63,041 nt of DNA, filler included, from Octopus bimaculoides (GCF_001194135.2; 6 parts of 4 records of this genome joined end to end with filler, not necessarily neighbours in it); one strand, 5' to 3'; positions 1-12,525 are shown, numbered from the whole stretch's first letter. Made by a program: numbers and translations. The notes: generated from the letters alone by a model not told the origin.

Positions 1-41
<41 letters not shown>

Positions 42-1053
42 TTCGTGGGACAGGCCAGCACGGGGGCAGTATGCATCTTGTTAGTTCAAACTAGCAGCTA
101 TTAACAATATACTACTGTCAGAATATGGAAAAAAAAAAAAACTCATTCAAAGGGAAATATTTTAAAGAGTTTAATGAGTTAACTTTTATATTTGGACAGT
201 AGAGTATACTGTAACCTTTTTTTGCCCTACCTGGATACTTTGTTCTTAAATGACCAAGAAATCTTGACAGTTTTATTCCTTCATTTCACACAAACGCGTT
301 AATAACTGCTCACAATTGAAGAATGAAATAATTCCTTCATTTCAAATATCTACATCAGTATTAGCAACACTTTTCTTTTTGTGGCATTAACAGCAATATT
401 TTACAGAAAATCAGAAAACCACTTTTATTTTAATGAAGGAGAAATGTTGAAAAACTCTAGCTTTAACTTAAAACTGTATGAAATAAACTGAAGAATGTTT
501 CTTTTTTTCCTTTTTTTTTTTTTTTTATTATTCTAGATATAACTGATTATGGGGTATAATTAACTTAATTAAGAATTGATATGCAGAAAGTAAATTTTTT
601 TTCTTTTTATTACTTAGAAATTGACAGAAAATACTTGAAATGAAGAAAAGGTCATGACACTTTTTGATTGTTCAATATTATTGATCGTTCATATTTGCTG
701 AGATTTTACTATGTGAGGTATCATCTCCCACTGATATATTTTAGACAACAACTAATTCTGAAATGGTATGGCTGTTGAAAAATCAAACCAATTCTTATAC
801 AAGCATTCATTTAAGAAGGACCACTTCACCTCAACTGCTAATTACACTTTTTAACAGAAATTCAATGACAAGAAATCTGAATGCATGATTCTTTTAAAAA
901 TTAAAGAGTTTACATTTATCAGACTTCAATAAAGACGGAACATTTTCAATAACGGAAGCATTAATAAAGAGAAGAATTCATTAGAAAATATTTTCACTCC
1001 CTGTTGATTTTTAAGATCTAACGATTATGTTAATAACATTACAATAAAGTTTA

Positions 1054-1250
1054 AGGTGGGGAGCTGGCAGAATCGTTAGCATGCCAGGCAAAATGTTTAG
1101 CTGCATTTTGTCTGTCTGAGTTCTGAGTTCAAATGCTGCCAAGTGATTTCTCTTTCCATCCCTTCAGGGGTTGATAAAAAATACCAATTGAGCCCTGGAG
1201 TCAATGTAATCAATTTAACCCTAAAATTGCTGGCCTTGTGCCAGAATTTG
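1054..1250 (+). mobile_element. tRNA-derived SINE family A, old CpG-decayed copy
   Basis: A-box-like GGCAGAATCGTTAGC, B-box GAGTTCAAAT, central ..GGGGTTGATAAAA..TACCA and tail AAATTGCTGGCCTTGTGCCA, shared with about 10 other copies in the window. Confidence 0.85.
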
Positions 1251-1269
1251 TGTTGACCAAAAACAGTAC

Positions 1270-1612
1270 TGCCTGATTGGCACCCATGCCAGTGGAACGT
1301 TAAAAGCACCATTCGAGCGTGATCATTGCCAGCGTCGCCTGACTGGCTCCTGTGCAGGCGGCGCATAAAAAGCACCACTTGAGCGTGACTGATGCCAGTA
1401 CCACCTGACCGGCCCTCATGCCAGTGGCACGTAAAAGCACTCACTACACTCTCGGAGTGGTTGGCATTAGGAAGGGCATCGAGCTGTAGAAACTTAGCCG
1501 GATCAGACTGGAGCCTGGTGCAGCCTTCTGGCTTACCAGCCCTCAGTCAAACTGTCCAACCCATGCCAGCATGGAAATGCAGACGTTAAACGACGACAAT
1601 GATGATGATTAT
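1270..1612 (+). mobile_element. RTE-LINE 3' UTR-like repeat ending in (GAT)n
   Basis: GGTTGGCATTAGGAAGGGCATC and CATGCCAGCATGGAAA..GACGTTAAA(CGA/TGA)n terminus. A homologous minus-strand copy lies at 14540-14700. Confidence 0.65.
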
Positions 1613-1874
1613 TTACATTTGACGGATATTCGTCCTCATCTTGTTTGTTGTTAACANNNNNNNNNNNNNNNNNNNNNNNNNNNNNNNNNNNNNNNNNNNN
1701 NNNNNNNNNNNNNNNNNNNNNNNNNNNNNNNNNNNNNNNNNNNNNNNNNNNNNNNNAGTAACATAGGACAGTCTCAGTGATGAGACTGCTTTTGGTTCTT
1801 AGTTCCAAATAAGGTCAGCTGTCATTTCCAGGTAACTATCTGAAAACTAAATAATGTGATCGTTATGAACTTAC

Positions 1875-1983
1875 CTGGACCGAACTATCAGTATCTCCTT
1901 TTGGTGACGGTGGTGGTGTTACTTCCATGTCGGAGTTATCAGATCCAGTCTGCTTTTTCTTTCGCAAAATTGGTTTCACTTTT
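1875..1983 (-). CDS. Third coding exon (109 nt) of kismet/CHD7-8-9-like gene; absent from the ORF track
   Basis: Acceptor cttcag|A completes CG+A = Arg and donor CAG|gtaagt is phase 0. Translates KVKPILRKKKQTGSDNSDMEVTPPPSPKGDTDSSVQ, matching CHD8 KRKRNTSSDNSDVEVMPAQSPREDEESSIQ, which precedes the first chromodomain. Confidence 0.9.
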
Positions 1984-3830
1984 CTGAAGAAGCGAAAAGA
2001 CGGCAAGATGACACAGACTTAATGATAAACTTTATTTTTGGTAAAATAAGCTGTGGATAACACACACACACACACACACTTTGCTGAAAGACAGTAAATA
2101 AGAGCACTGAAACTGTACATTGTTGAAAGAATATTTCAAGTTGAAACCCAGTCAAGACAGTGTTGTGTGTGTGTTAAAACCAACCCATGAGAAAGTGCAT
2201 CATTCAAAGTGTTTGAGTAGTAAAACTTCTGATTTTCTAAATTGAAACAAGTCACAGATCAAAGCCAAACTCTCTGCAACCAGAAGCAGAAAGAGAACCT
2301 TTTGTGTCCTCATAAAGGCTTCTTAAATGGCTGCATTCATTTTAGTTAAGAAAACTGTTCTCTTGTCTTTGGATTTTCCATCACAGCCATTCGTCTTATT
2401 TATTGAACATAACCATTTAGGCAGCAAGAACTCTTAAGAAAGTAGAAACTCATTCATTCCAAACAGTTTACTCTCACACTCTCTCTACATAACCAGACAC
2501 GTCACCAGCTGAGAAAGTTTCCACCAGTGTTAATAAAACATAATCAAAGAACAAACCATGAACAGTGGCAAAGTTCTACAGATATTTCAAAAGAAAACAA
2601 CAAGAAAATCTACCAAAAGTCAGTCAAATCTGATTCCATCCAGTTAAGGTTTCAGGCTCACAATTTATTAAGTTGTGGTTCGAATAAAATTTAGCATTGT
2701 TTAGTTCCAATCTATCTTGGTTGAGTAAACCTAAGACCTATAATATTTCAGTAATGACTACGTCAACCAACATGTCTTTGTGTATTTGTTCAGATGAAAG
2801 GGTAATTTGAGGGAATTAGCTTGCTATTTCTAGCAGGTTGAGCAACTTCAAAGGGGCTCCCTTACTGGTTCACAATAAGTTGTGTTGTGTTCATCAAGAA
2901 CAAATATTACAGTGTTTTTAAGATAGAATATGGTGTGTAGGCTCCACAACTCAGCAAATCTGATTTGCTGGATTAGAACCACATTATCCATTGTCTTTTC
3001 ATTTTACTTGCAAAAGCTGATATGGTGTGATTGAAGTAAGATTTGGTTATTATTTCTCGCAGATCAGCCAACCATATATAATAAGCCACTCCTTGGCTCA
3101 TGCAATGGTCTTTTTTCACACTGGAGAAAACAACATGAGATGAGAAACTTAAAGAAGAACAGCATCCAAAGGTGGTATTTGGCTGATACCCTATTTTACT
3201 GAGCCCCTAAAAGAATGAAAGGCAAGCTTGACCTGATTAACTCTTTCAGAATAATATTTTCTAATGAAATTCACAAACCAGATCAATTTGTCTTAAATAA
3301 TCAAGTATTTGTAGAAGAGTTTATTAAAATAACTTTTTTGTTATTAGGCTGGTATTATATAAATTTATGATAAAAGATATCAATGAAATAGGAAAACCTG
3401 GAATAATGTTTGCCTCTCAAACCTCTTTCATGGGGCCGAAGAAATGATAGTCTGAAGGTGCTAAATTTGTTGAGAAGTAGGGATGTGATCCACAGAGGAC
3501 CAGCTTCATTTTGATGTATGACACATGTTCCTGTGTTGGTAATTATACCTGTCCTAAACAAAATGGCATTACTTTTTGACTCACCCTCATATTTAAAGAA
3601 AGATTTTTTTTAAAGTTATTAGCTATTTAAAAAAAAAAAAAACTATTTAGAGAACAGAATGTCACCAACTTTTGAGTAAAACTTTCCATATAGCATGTAT
3701 TTTGTGTATATATATAATATTATATAACATCTATATGTATACACACACGTGTGAATGTATATATAAGAGATTGATAGATTTATAAATTAGAGATAGAGGA
3801 GACGTTAATTCAAAGAGTTACAGAACTTAC

Positions 3831-4435
3831 CGTTTCTTCTTCGCAGCTTTAGACCTTTTCCCTGATTTAAGTTTTCTCTCTTTCGGAACTTTCGGCTTAC
3901 GTTCCCGTTTCTTTTTGGGTTTCTCCAACTTTTCAGCTGAGTCTTCTTTCTTGTCAGAGGTAGCTCCAGCAACACGGACCACACGTGGTATCTGAGTAAT
4001 CCCTTTCTGCTGAGCATCCACCAGAGCTTGTGCAATTATTTCATCAGCCTTGTCCTGAGGAGTTTTGTACGTCTTTTTCTTGCTCTTTGAAGTTGTGTTT
4101 CGCTTTCTCTCAGGCTTAGGTGTTGTCAACGTCGACGTCGACGTGGATGTTGATGTAGACGCTTTATTTGTCGATGGTCTCACCGTCAAGCTAATTACTT
4201 TCGTCCGTGGTTGTGTTTTTGGTGTACTGACACTGGTCACCTCAACAGTGCCACCACTGGCTTGCAATTTGGACAATGCACCTGAAGCAGATGTTATCAT
4301 AAATGTCTGCTGACCTATGGGAACACCGGTTGCTGAAGAAGGGACAGAAGACTTAGCTACAGTCATCACTTTAGCAGTGGTTCCAGGCTGTAGCTGAGAA
4401 GGCACTAGACTGTTGGCATTGCTTACTTGGATTGT
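3831..4435 (-). CDS. Second coding exon of kismet/CHD7-8-9-like gene
   Basis: Acceptor ctcttttcatcag|ACA (phase 0, matches the upstream exon) and donor CG|gtaagt (phase 2). Encodes QDKADEIIAQALVDAQQKGITQIPRV, matching the CHD8/CHD9 motif QEKANRIVAEAIARARARGEQNIPRV, followed by a Lys-rich KPKKKRERKPK...KKKR tract. Confidence 0.92.
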
Positions 4436-4727
4436 CTGATGAAAAGAGAATAAAGAAACCTTTAATTCAAAAACAAAACATAACCTCAAGTAGTTTTTAT
4501 ATTAAACAATCAATCAACCAATCAAGGTTATTCAAATCCAAAACATTTATTTTAATGCCTAATTCATAAATCTCAGTCAATATGTATCAACTGTTTCTTC
4601 TGAATTCATGTCAAGTAATATTCAAGGATTTCTGATGTAAATACAAGTTCAATATAAATAATGATAATAATAAACATCACAGAAAAATAATAAAAATTGC
4701 TTATTCTCAGTGTCATTATGGAATAAA

Positions 4728-4775
<48 letters not shown>

Positions 4776-4859
4776 TTCCCAAAAATAGATGCTGTTTAAT
4801 TAACTAAAACCAAAAAAAAAAAGCATATATCATCATCTGCAACATCATCACAGAGATAA

Positions 4860-5045
4860 GGCAGAATTTGTTGAGGCAAATTTTCAACAGTTGGATGCCC
4901 TTCTTGTCACTAACCCATACCTATTTCCAAATAAGGTAATTTTTCCTCATGACCAGACACATTTTCATGGAAGATTGGAAACAAAGGACACTGCTTGCAT
5001 GACAGAGACACCTGTTTACAATTATTATGCAATATCAAGGCAAGG
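4860..5045. repeat. Dispersed repeat, also present at 20095-20235
   Basis: Shared GAGGCA.ATTTTC..CAG..GATG.CCTTCTTGTCACTAAC ... GAAGATTGGAAA ... GCTTGCATGACAG. Confidence 0.7.
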
Positions 5046-5089
5046 AGATAGTAACATGCAAACACACACACACACACATATATATATAA

Positions 5090-5220
5090 GGGACTTCTTT
5101 CAGTTTCCATCTACCAAATCCACTTATAAGGCTTTAATTGGCCCTGGGCTATAGTATAAAACATTTACCCAAGATGCCATGCAATGGGACTGAACCCAGA
5201 ACTATGTGATCAGGAAACAA
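5090..5220 (-). mobile_element. CORE-type SINE family B, partial
   Basis: Reverse complement matches the 16071 copy (..CAAGTGTCTTCTACTATAGCC..GAAACTGAAAGAAGCCC). Confidence 0.75.
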
Positions 5221-6602
5221 AATGTAAACACACTTGAATGGCTAATAACTCCATTTTTAAAACTTAACCCATTAAAAATATTGAAAGGAGCCAGTCTAAA
5301 ATTTATCCTGAAGTAGCAACTGGAGGTCTAAAAACCCACAAAGTGCAAAGTCAGTTTAAGAGGGAATTTCAAGCAGATCTGCCGATGGTGGCTTACCATC
5401 CCTTGAATTAGAGATAAGTCTGGAGCAGACGGAAGTGTTCAGAATGGCCACAAGAAATGTTCCTGAAAGCCATGGACATTGAAGAGCCCCACAAAGCAAA
5501 AAAGGGCAGGTATTAGAAATGTGTTGGCAGAATTCAAGAAAATATGAGCAGCAAGCCAAGTTGTTAGATAGGCATTTCAAAATCAAGCATCAATAGTATT
5601 CTGAAGTGCTGCCGTTGGAAAAGGTTACATTCCAAGAATAGTCCGTGCTTTCCTTGAAGAAGATCCAAACTGAAGAATGGAATTTTGTGAGTGGTAGGTG
5701 GCGAAATGTGTAGAGAATGCACACTTTCTAACAAAGATTGGCGTGATGAGACTACATTGAAATGAAACGGCTTGATTAACCATTGCAGATGCACCTATTG
5801 AGGACCTGAGAATCTGTATATCATAGAAGAACATCATGTTAATTTACCAGGACTTAGAGTATGGTGGGGGGTGAGGTTTAACATCAAAAGGACTAATTGG
5901 AGCATTCCTTTGTGACAGTAATGGCACTGGTCCCATTTACTTGAACTTTCTGTAACAATCTGTCATGCCAAGCATTCAAGATGACTTTGAAAGCAAAACT
6001 GACTGCTGTGAGGTTTGAACCAAAAGCACAGAAACCCTGAGCAAACGTCTCAAAGCATTTTGCATCAAGTCCTAATGAATGACTACCCCAGGTGTATGTT
6101 AATGTGGGCCAGTGAAGACACATTTCTATTTGGGGCTGAAACAGCTCAACAGTGCTTTTAATTCCTTTAGAAAAGGGATGAATGTTACAGCTTCCTATAT
6201 CCACACACTTGTTGCATGTAATTATATGTACTTTGTTTTTTTTATCTGCATTATTTGTAAACATATGTAATAAAACAAAGCAGTGTGTGTGTGTACACAT
6301 ATTTTTTTATATTATTAGTTTACAGTTAGAATTTGTGAAAGAGCATCCAACTGGAAAGTCCTTTAGTTTTTAAAGACAAATTCCCATACAAATATCCTTA
6401 ATAAGATCCCTGTCTGAGCTGAAAGAAAACAAGTGACAAAGTGTAAAAATGTGAAATAAAATATATAAAAATACCGAAAGAAATAAAGAAAAAAAGAAGA
6501 GAAAGGAAAAGAGAAAGAGAGAATAGGGAAAAAAAGATGAAGAGTGTGTGAAGAGGAGGAGAAGCAATAAGAATAGAGGAAAAAACAGAAAACATATCTT
6601 AC

Positions 6603-8843
6603 TCTTGCAGGGGTAAAAATAGCTTGAGGTGTTGTTGTGAGCACAATGGACGTTGGCTGTGATGCTACAGGCTGTTGTGAGTTCACAGTTGCCAATTGAA
6701 TGGGTTGTCCAATGCGATTGGTGAGGGTAGTAGCCTGAAGGTTAACATCCGAGGTTGAACCCACTTGATCAGTTGTGACCAATTGGGCAAGATTTGAAGT
6801 CAATAATTGGTTTAAAGGCAATGCTGTTTGAGATGGGGCCTGTGTTTGAATCTGCAACACCTGGCCTGATTGGCCAGTTCGTATCAAATGAATTTGCTGC
6901 CCTTTACCTAACTGACCATGAGGTTGAATTTTAACAATATTACTGTATGTAGTTGTGGTAGAAGAAGGCACAGCCCGGAGCTGTGTACCATTGTCAGATA
7001 TCTGAATTTGTTGTTGTTGTTGTTGTTGGTTATTTGTTGTCTGAGCAGTTGCTGGTGTACAAGGGATAATCACACATTTCGATTGATTAGGCCCTAAAGC
7101 ACTGCATACCTGTAGATTTGCAGCATTTAATACTAATCCAATAGACCGGTTTAACTTGGTGGTGACAGCTGTGGTGCTGCTGGTGACAGTTGGCATGGAG
7201 CTGTTTCCGATACTGCTCGAAGCGGTTCCTTGGAAACCATTCGTAACGTAAGTAGTAATGTTTGACACTGGTGTAGTTTGGGCCAAAGTAACTGTTGCAT
7301 CAACCTGGTTGCCTAGCAACGGCGCTTGCATTATGATGTTGCTAGTGGAATTGCTTTGAGGATTTTGTAAATTGGAATTTAAGCTATTACTTACTAACTG
7401 TTCCAGCTGCTGGAAGCTGGCCTGTTTGAAAGTTATTTGAGTTGGGTTGGTGATGTGATCCAGTCCTGACTGAGATGGTGGTGGTGCAGTCCTCGGTGAA
7501 GATGCTATTGTGGCTAGACTAACGCACTGCTGTTGCGCTTGTTGTGGCTGCAGCTCAGTGGCCTGATACTGAGCGTTTTGCTGCACGGTAGCATGGCCAG
7601 AGTCAAAGTGACTCAACTGGTCTGTCGTCACAATAGACTGAGATCCACTGGCAGGCTGTGATGATGGTTGCAATGACTGATTTCGGATTGTAGGGAACGT
7701 ATATTGTTGGACAATGTTACTAGCTGCCGTGTTACTGACCACCACTTGCTGCTGGCTGGTCCCTGAGGTCAACATAGCTGGTCCATTGCATACTTGTTGC
7801 TGTAGTGGCTGCTGCTGTTGCAGTAACTGTTGTTGTTGTTGCTGCTGCTGCTGTTGTTGTTGTTGCTGCTGCTGCAGTAACTGTTGAGTATTATGGGCTG
7901 TGGTGTCCAGGAAGTCTGTCTGACTAAAAGTATGAGGCAGTTGTTGTGAGGGAATAGTACTGTAACTGTTTACTGTAATGTCAGATGCAGCAAGAGCTAC
8001 CTGAGAGTTTGAAGGAAACAATGTTTGTTGCTGCTGCTGCTGTTGCTGCTGTTGTTGTTGTTGTTGTTGTATGTGGTTAAGAGAGTTTGCAACATTTGTT
8101 GCAGTGATAGGCACAGTGCTAAGAAGTGGGTTAGAAGGTGTGGAAGTAGACTGAAGTGTTGCTGAGAGCAACGAGGCTTGATTGGATGGGTCAGCATTGT
8201 CCGGGAAGTGAGAGAGCCGAGCCAGTGGTTGCTGCGTGGCTGGCAACGCATAGTCGTGATGTGTTAAGTATGTCGATGTATTCAGGTTGGTAGTATTAGC
8301 ATTGTCTTGCGGCACCTCTTCCATCGATACTTGAGTCTGTTGGGTGGTTTGTAAGAAACAGTTGCTGGCCTGTGATGCCGTATTCCAGACAGAATTTTGG
8401 ACTAAATCAAGTTGTTGTTGCTGTTGCTGTTGTTGTTGTTGCTGCTGCTGCTGTTGTTGTTGTATGACTTGGCCAGTAGTGATATTAAATGTGTTGTACT
8501 GATTAGCAGTCTGGAGAAGTGGGTTAGAGTTCCCTAATGATTGGTGAGGAGGTGTCTGGCCAATTAAGTTCTGACTACCCCCTAGGGATGGATCGCTGAT
8601 GTGATGAAGCTTGGGGGTAACAAACTGACTGAAATCGAACTGTGTCGATGAGGCCAGGCCAGATATCTGGCTAAATGGTGACTGCTGTAATGGGTCATCC
8701 TGAGCAAGTGCTGAAGACAAGCCATGTTCTAATCCCGGGGAGAGCACACCATTATCGTCAGAGACTCCATCCAAGAGACTAGGAGTCGGACAAACGTCAA
8801 CATCATCCAGGTACAAATCCAACATGTCAGCCGAGTCAGTCAT
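6603..8843 (-). CDS. First coding exon of a kismet/CHD7-8-9-like chromodomain helicase (747 codons; polyQ, Q/S/T-rich low-complexity N-terminus)
   Basis: ATG at 8843 (MTDSADMLDLYLDD..., reminiscent of the acidic CHD7/8/9 N-termini), preceded by an in-frame TAA. Acceptor tttttcag at 8990-8991, so the exon spans 8989-6603 with a 146-nt UTR part. Donor AGA|gtaaga at 6602, phase 0. The family call rests mainly on motifs in the next two exons. Confidence 0.9.
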
Positions 8844-8989
8844 TTTCTCTTTTGCTTTCTCTTTCACTCTTTAAATGATGCTGTTGGCTGACAGAATCGA
8901 AGAATGTTTAAATCAAATGTATTCCAAAGAGATCATCGCTAGATTTCATTGGTACAGAATAAAAAAGAATTCTACCACAAATTCTTAAC
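8844..8989 (-). promoter_or_regulatory. 5' UTR portion of the first coding exon, containing two uORFs (8949-8908 and 8936-8913)
   Basis: Lies between the acceptor AG (8990-8991) and the ATG at 8843. ATG..TAA gives MKSSDDLFGIHLI and ATG..TGA gives MISLEYI. Confidence 0.7.
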
Positions 8990-9060
8990 CTGAAAAATAT
9001 AAATTGTAAACATTATGAAATAATTTCCATGCATAAACAAACACTTTGAAAGAAGAAATC

Positions 9061-9297
9061 CAAAGACAGAAATCCAAAGACAGAAATCCAAAGACAGAAA
9101 TCCAAAGACAGAAATCCAAAGACAGAAATCCAAAGACAGAAATCCAAAGACAGAAATCCAAAGACAGAAATCCAAAGACAGAAATCCAAAGACAGAAATC
9201 CAAAGACAGAAATCCAAAGACAGAAATCCAAAGACAGAAATCCAAAGACAGAAATCCAAAGACAGAAATCCAAAGACAGAAATCCAAAGACAGAAAC
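9061..9297. repeat. Perfect 14-bp minisatellite (CAAAGACAGAAATC) x ~17
   Basis: Directly visible identical units. It explains the spurious ORFs between 8972 and 9321. Confidence 0.97.
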
Positions 9298-9450
9298 AAT
9301 AAACTTGAGATGAAATATTAACTCTTTAAAAATGTTTCAAATGAGAGTTCTTAAAATCATATTATAGATTTCACTCAGGTATAAGACAAGAAATTCAATA
9401 CAAAACAACAAGCTTGAAAATGGTGGCCATTATTATATTCTCTAAACAGA

Positions 9451-9650
9451 ACAGCAAACTGGCAAAGTTGTTAGCATGCCAAGCAAAATGCTTAGCAGAA
9501 TTTCATCCAGCTTTGTGTTCTGAGTTCAAATTCCACCAAGGTCAACTTTGCCTTTCATTTCTTCAGGGTTGATAAAATAAATACCAGTTGAGCATTGAGG
9601 TTCATGTAATTGATTTACTTCCTCCCCGAAACTGCTGGCTTTGTGCCAAA
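9451..9650 (+). mobile_element. SINE family A, fully CpG-decayed copy
   Basis: Same A/B boxes, central domain and GCTGGCTTTGTGCCAAAA tail as the other copies. Confidence 0.85.
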
Positions 9651-9659
9651 ATAAATACA

Positions 9660-10200
9660 TTAAATGATCTTTAGTTACCTGTTTCTTTTCCCTAATGGCC
9701 CTGTCAACTACATTGTCCCACCACCACATTACCTTAGGTCAAGAGGGGACTTTGCACCATCCACTGATCTAGTCAGTAGCCCTCAATAGATTGTCCCATA
9801 CGAACCTCCAGTTGTCTTCCACATTATGTAATGCCATATCCTCCTCTATTTTGTCAAAAGCTTCAAGTAATACGTCTCTAAATGTCTGTCCATTCACAGG
9901 ATCCTTAAGCTTCCAGACCCTTCTTCTCCATGCTGGTTGTCTTCTGGGCATCCATTTAGCCCTGATCCTGAAGTCACTAACTACTAAACTATGTTGTGGG
10001 GTGCATTCTTCACCTGGGAAGGTTTTGACATTTATAAGTAGCCGTCTTTCCTGTTTCCTGACGAGGATGTAATCAACCTGACTAGTGTGTAGGAGAATAG
10101 GTGACTGGCAGGTTTCCTTAAGTTAGTATTACAAACCATAAGGTCATTTGCATAAACAGGTAAAATATTTGAGCCAAATGTGGCTAGTTTAATTGCCAAA
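9660..10200 (-). mobile_element. Degraded RTE-clade LINE ORF fragment (end of APE endonuclease plus linker)
   Basis: Frameshifted translation ANDLMVCNTNLRKPASHLFSYT / SQVDYILVRKQERRLLINVKTFPGEECTPQHSLVVSDF / RRVWKLKD...VEDNW / MWWWDNVVDRAIREKK, typical of the RTE EN C-terminus and pre-RT region. Confidence 0.85.
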
Positions 10201-12470
10201 AGGTTAAATGAAACAATGATAAGAATCACTTTTAACATGTCGTAGGCCAACAGAACTTCACTTCAGCACTGTGACCTAAGGAAACACTTTATTAACAAGA
10301 GTTGTTCCTATTGCAGGCTGTGACCAAATACTTCAGAGTTAAGCCAGCAAGAGATAGAGCAATGTAATCTTTTCATTAGGTACCACATCAAATTTGTATG
10401 ACATGAGTATAGTCAATTAAAAGAACCCATGTGTATAGCAGGTACTTATTTAAATAACTACAGATGGTCAGTTATGTGAATTCCAACACAATTTGAAGTC
10501 AAAGCTTAAGACATTGAAATAAATTGCATAAACCATACACTCCATCACACATCAAAATGAACTCCTCTCTGTTTCTCTTCTTCAACAATAAAATACTAAG
10601 AATTAATTCCATTTCACTATATTTCTTCCTCTTCAATGATTGACTTTTTATCCAATCATAAGACACCAATAGTATTGGAACCTATTTTAAGGTGATGTGA
10701 ACTACAGCAAGATTTGAGCAGATTTAAAATAATATTATTGTTATTGTTTGGCCGTAGGTCAATCCTTAATTGAACAGTCTATAATGAAAGGCATTCCAGA
10801 CATGACCAATCAGACCTTTTAGGGGTATGTCTTAGACTACTTTATCCACTGTGTTATTTCCTTATTAAAGATGATAGGGTGAGGTTTAACAAGGATTTAA
10901 CTGCTACTTGTAGCAGAAACTGTGACCATGAACAGGCTCCCTCATTAGCCTGCCAAAATTGCTAATTATTTAATTAATGACACTAGTATTTCTGGTAATC
11001 TAACAACCAGGATAATAACAACTACAATTTACAACACAGGCATAAGTCCACTACAAACTTTGGTGTGAAAGAACAACCAAATTATATCAGCACTAAACAT
11101 TTGATTGGTAATTTATTCTATCCCATTCCCCACCCCACAGAAAGGGGAAAGGAAAAGTCTACTGCATTACAGCAATTGCGTTAACAAGTGGAGAAGTTCT
11201 AAAGAAGAGCAATTTTGAAAAGAAAGGATTGGCCAAAGTACCAAATGCATGATCTGGGGTGATGCAGCTCAATAGTGAGCTTGTAGTTGGATAAAAGCAT
11301 TGAGAGAACAAGGAAGTAGAAATACAAAGAAATATGTTGATGATAATACTATGAGCCTTTCCCACAGTTTTCTTCTATTCAATCAATTCTCAAAACAGGC
11401 TGACAACTGCAGAACATGTCTGTTTGTTATTTAAATCAAATAAAATCGTACTAAGTTTACACCCAAGTTCCTCTGCGTGTGTGTACCTACTAAATATCTC
11501 CTGGCATGTATTTACGCATCCCACCTTACACACCTCCCTAGTATAAGTTGGCATATATTGAGGGTTCCCTTCACTCACTTTATTATTATTTCTCATTGAT
11601 ACACAAAGTAACTATTATGTTCCTTTCTCCTTCTTTGCTTAACTTATAGACTAATCACTCATGATGCTGAAAAAATGTCTTAAGTTCAACAGTGGCTGAT
11701 GAGGTAAAAAAGTCACCAACTCTTGTGAAATAACTTGTAAATATTCCCATTTTTTTTAATGTGGTGTATTGAAGTTCATTATTCTTGTTTGTCTTAATTG
11801 ACAAAAAGTCATAGCACTGATTACTTGTTGAGCTTATTGAGCACGCTCACCAATTAAATATCTTGCTCAGAGGAACAAACATTGTGCTGTCTCAGCAAAG
11901 AGTTCATCAAAACAGACGAGTATATACATGATACAACAAAGTCTATGTGAGCAGAGATCATTTTTGACTGTTCCAGAACAACAAAGAAAACTTATAAATA
12001 AAATAAAACAGTCATTTCAATGGAATCTTGATGCAAAAAAAATATAAAATAACTAAAATTGAGAGGAAAAAAAAAAAAAATCAAGTAATAATAAAGTAAA
12101 TACATTCCCAGAAAGAAAAAAAAAGCCAGTAATTTGTTAATCACTGTGGTGGGCAGGTGGCACCTACAGGTTTGGCACTTCCAACACAATATACTCAAGA
12201 CAGTGAAATAAATCAGTGATTCAGAATAGAATAAATAGTGATATAATGTTTACATGTTCAGTCCCAAAGGAATAAGGTGTGTCTTAGTGTGTGTAAAAGG
12301 TGTGGTTTGCTTGGCACACTTACATGGTAATTAACATTTTAATATTACTAAGTGGATCTGAATTTAAAAGTAATTAGTCATGTGGCTCATTGAGGAAAAG
12401 AAGGCGAGTTTGAGTTAAGTGTAGAAATACAAAGAGAAAATAAACGAGATGTGGAGAACATCTTTACGGA

Positions 12471-12525
12471 AGAGAAAATATATCTAAGAGAAAATATATC
12501 TAAGAGAAAATATATCTAAGAGAAA
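12471..12525. repeat. 16-bp tandem repeat (AAGAGAAAATATATCT) x3
   Basis: Directly visible. Confidence 0.9.

Noticed and set aside
3179-3237. Partial minus SINE A which, with the 1054 copy, flanks the 109-nt exon (circRNA or editing idea)
   Set aside because: Only about 60 bp and too diverged from the other copy for a credible duplex.
5356-5837. Coding-like stretch between CHD exons, possibly a Tx1/L1 zinc-finger remnant
   Set aside because: No continuous frame, no phase-compatible splice sites noticed, and motif remnants too weak to assign.
6363-6602. Hydrophobic Phe-rich C-terminus of the 834-aa ORF (looks like a TM segment)
   Set aside because: Read-through into the intron past the GTAAGA donor at 6602. 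Splicing to 4435 restores the conserved frame.
8844-8867. ORF-track start MKEKAKEK
   Set aside because: It is a GTG start called by the ORF finder. The first in-frame ATG is at 8843.
8972-9321. Repetitive ORFs (LDFCLWISVFGF / KTEIQRQKSKDRNP)
   Set aside because: Translations of the 14-bp minisatellite.
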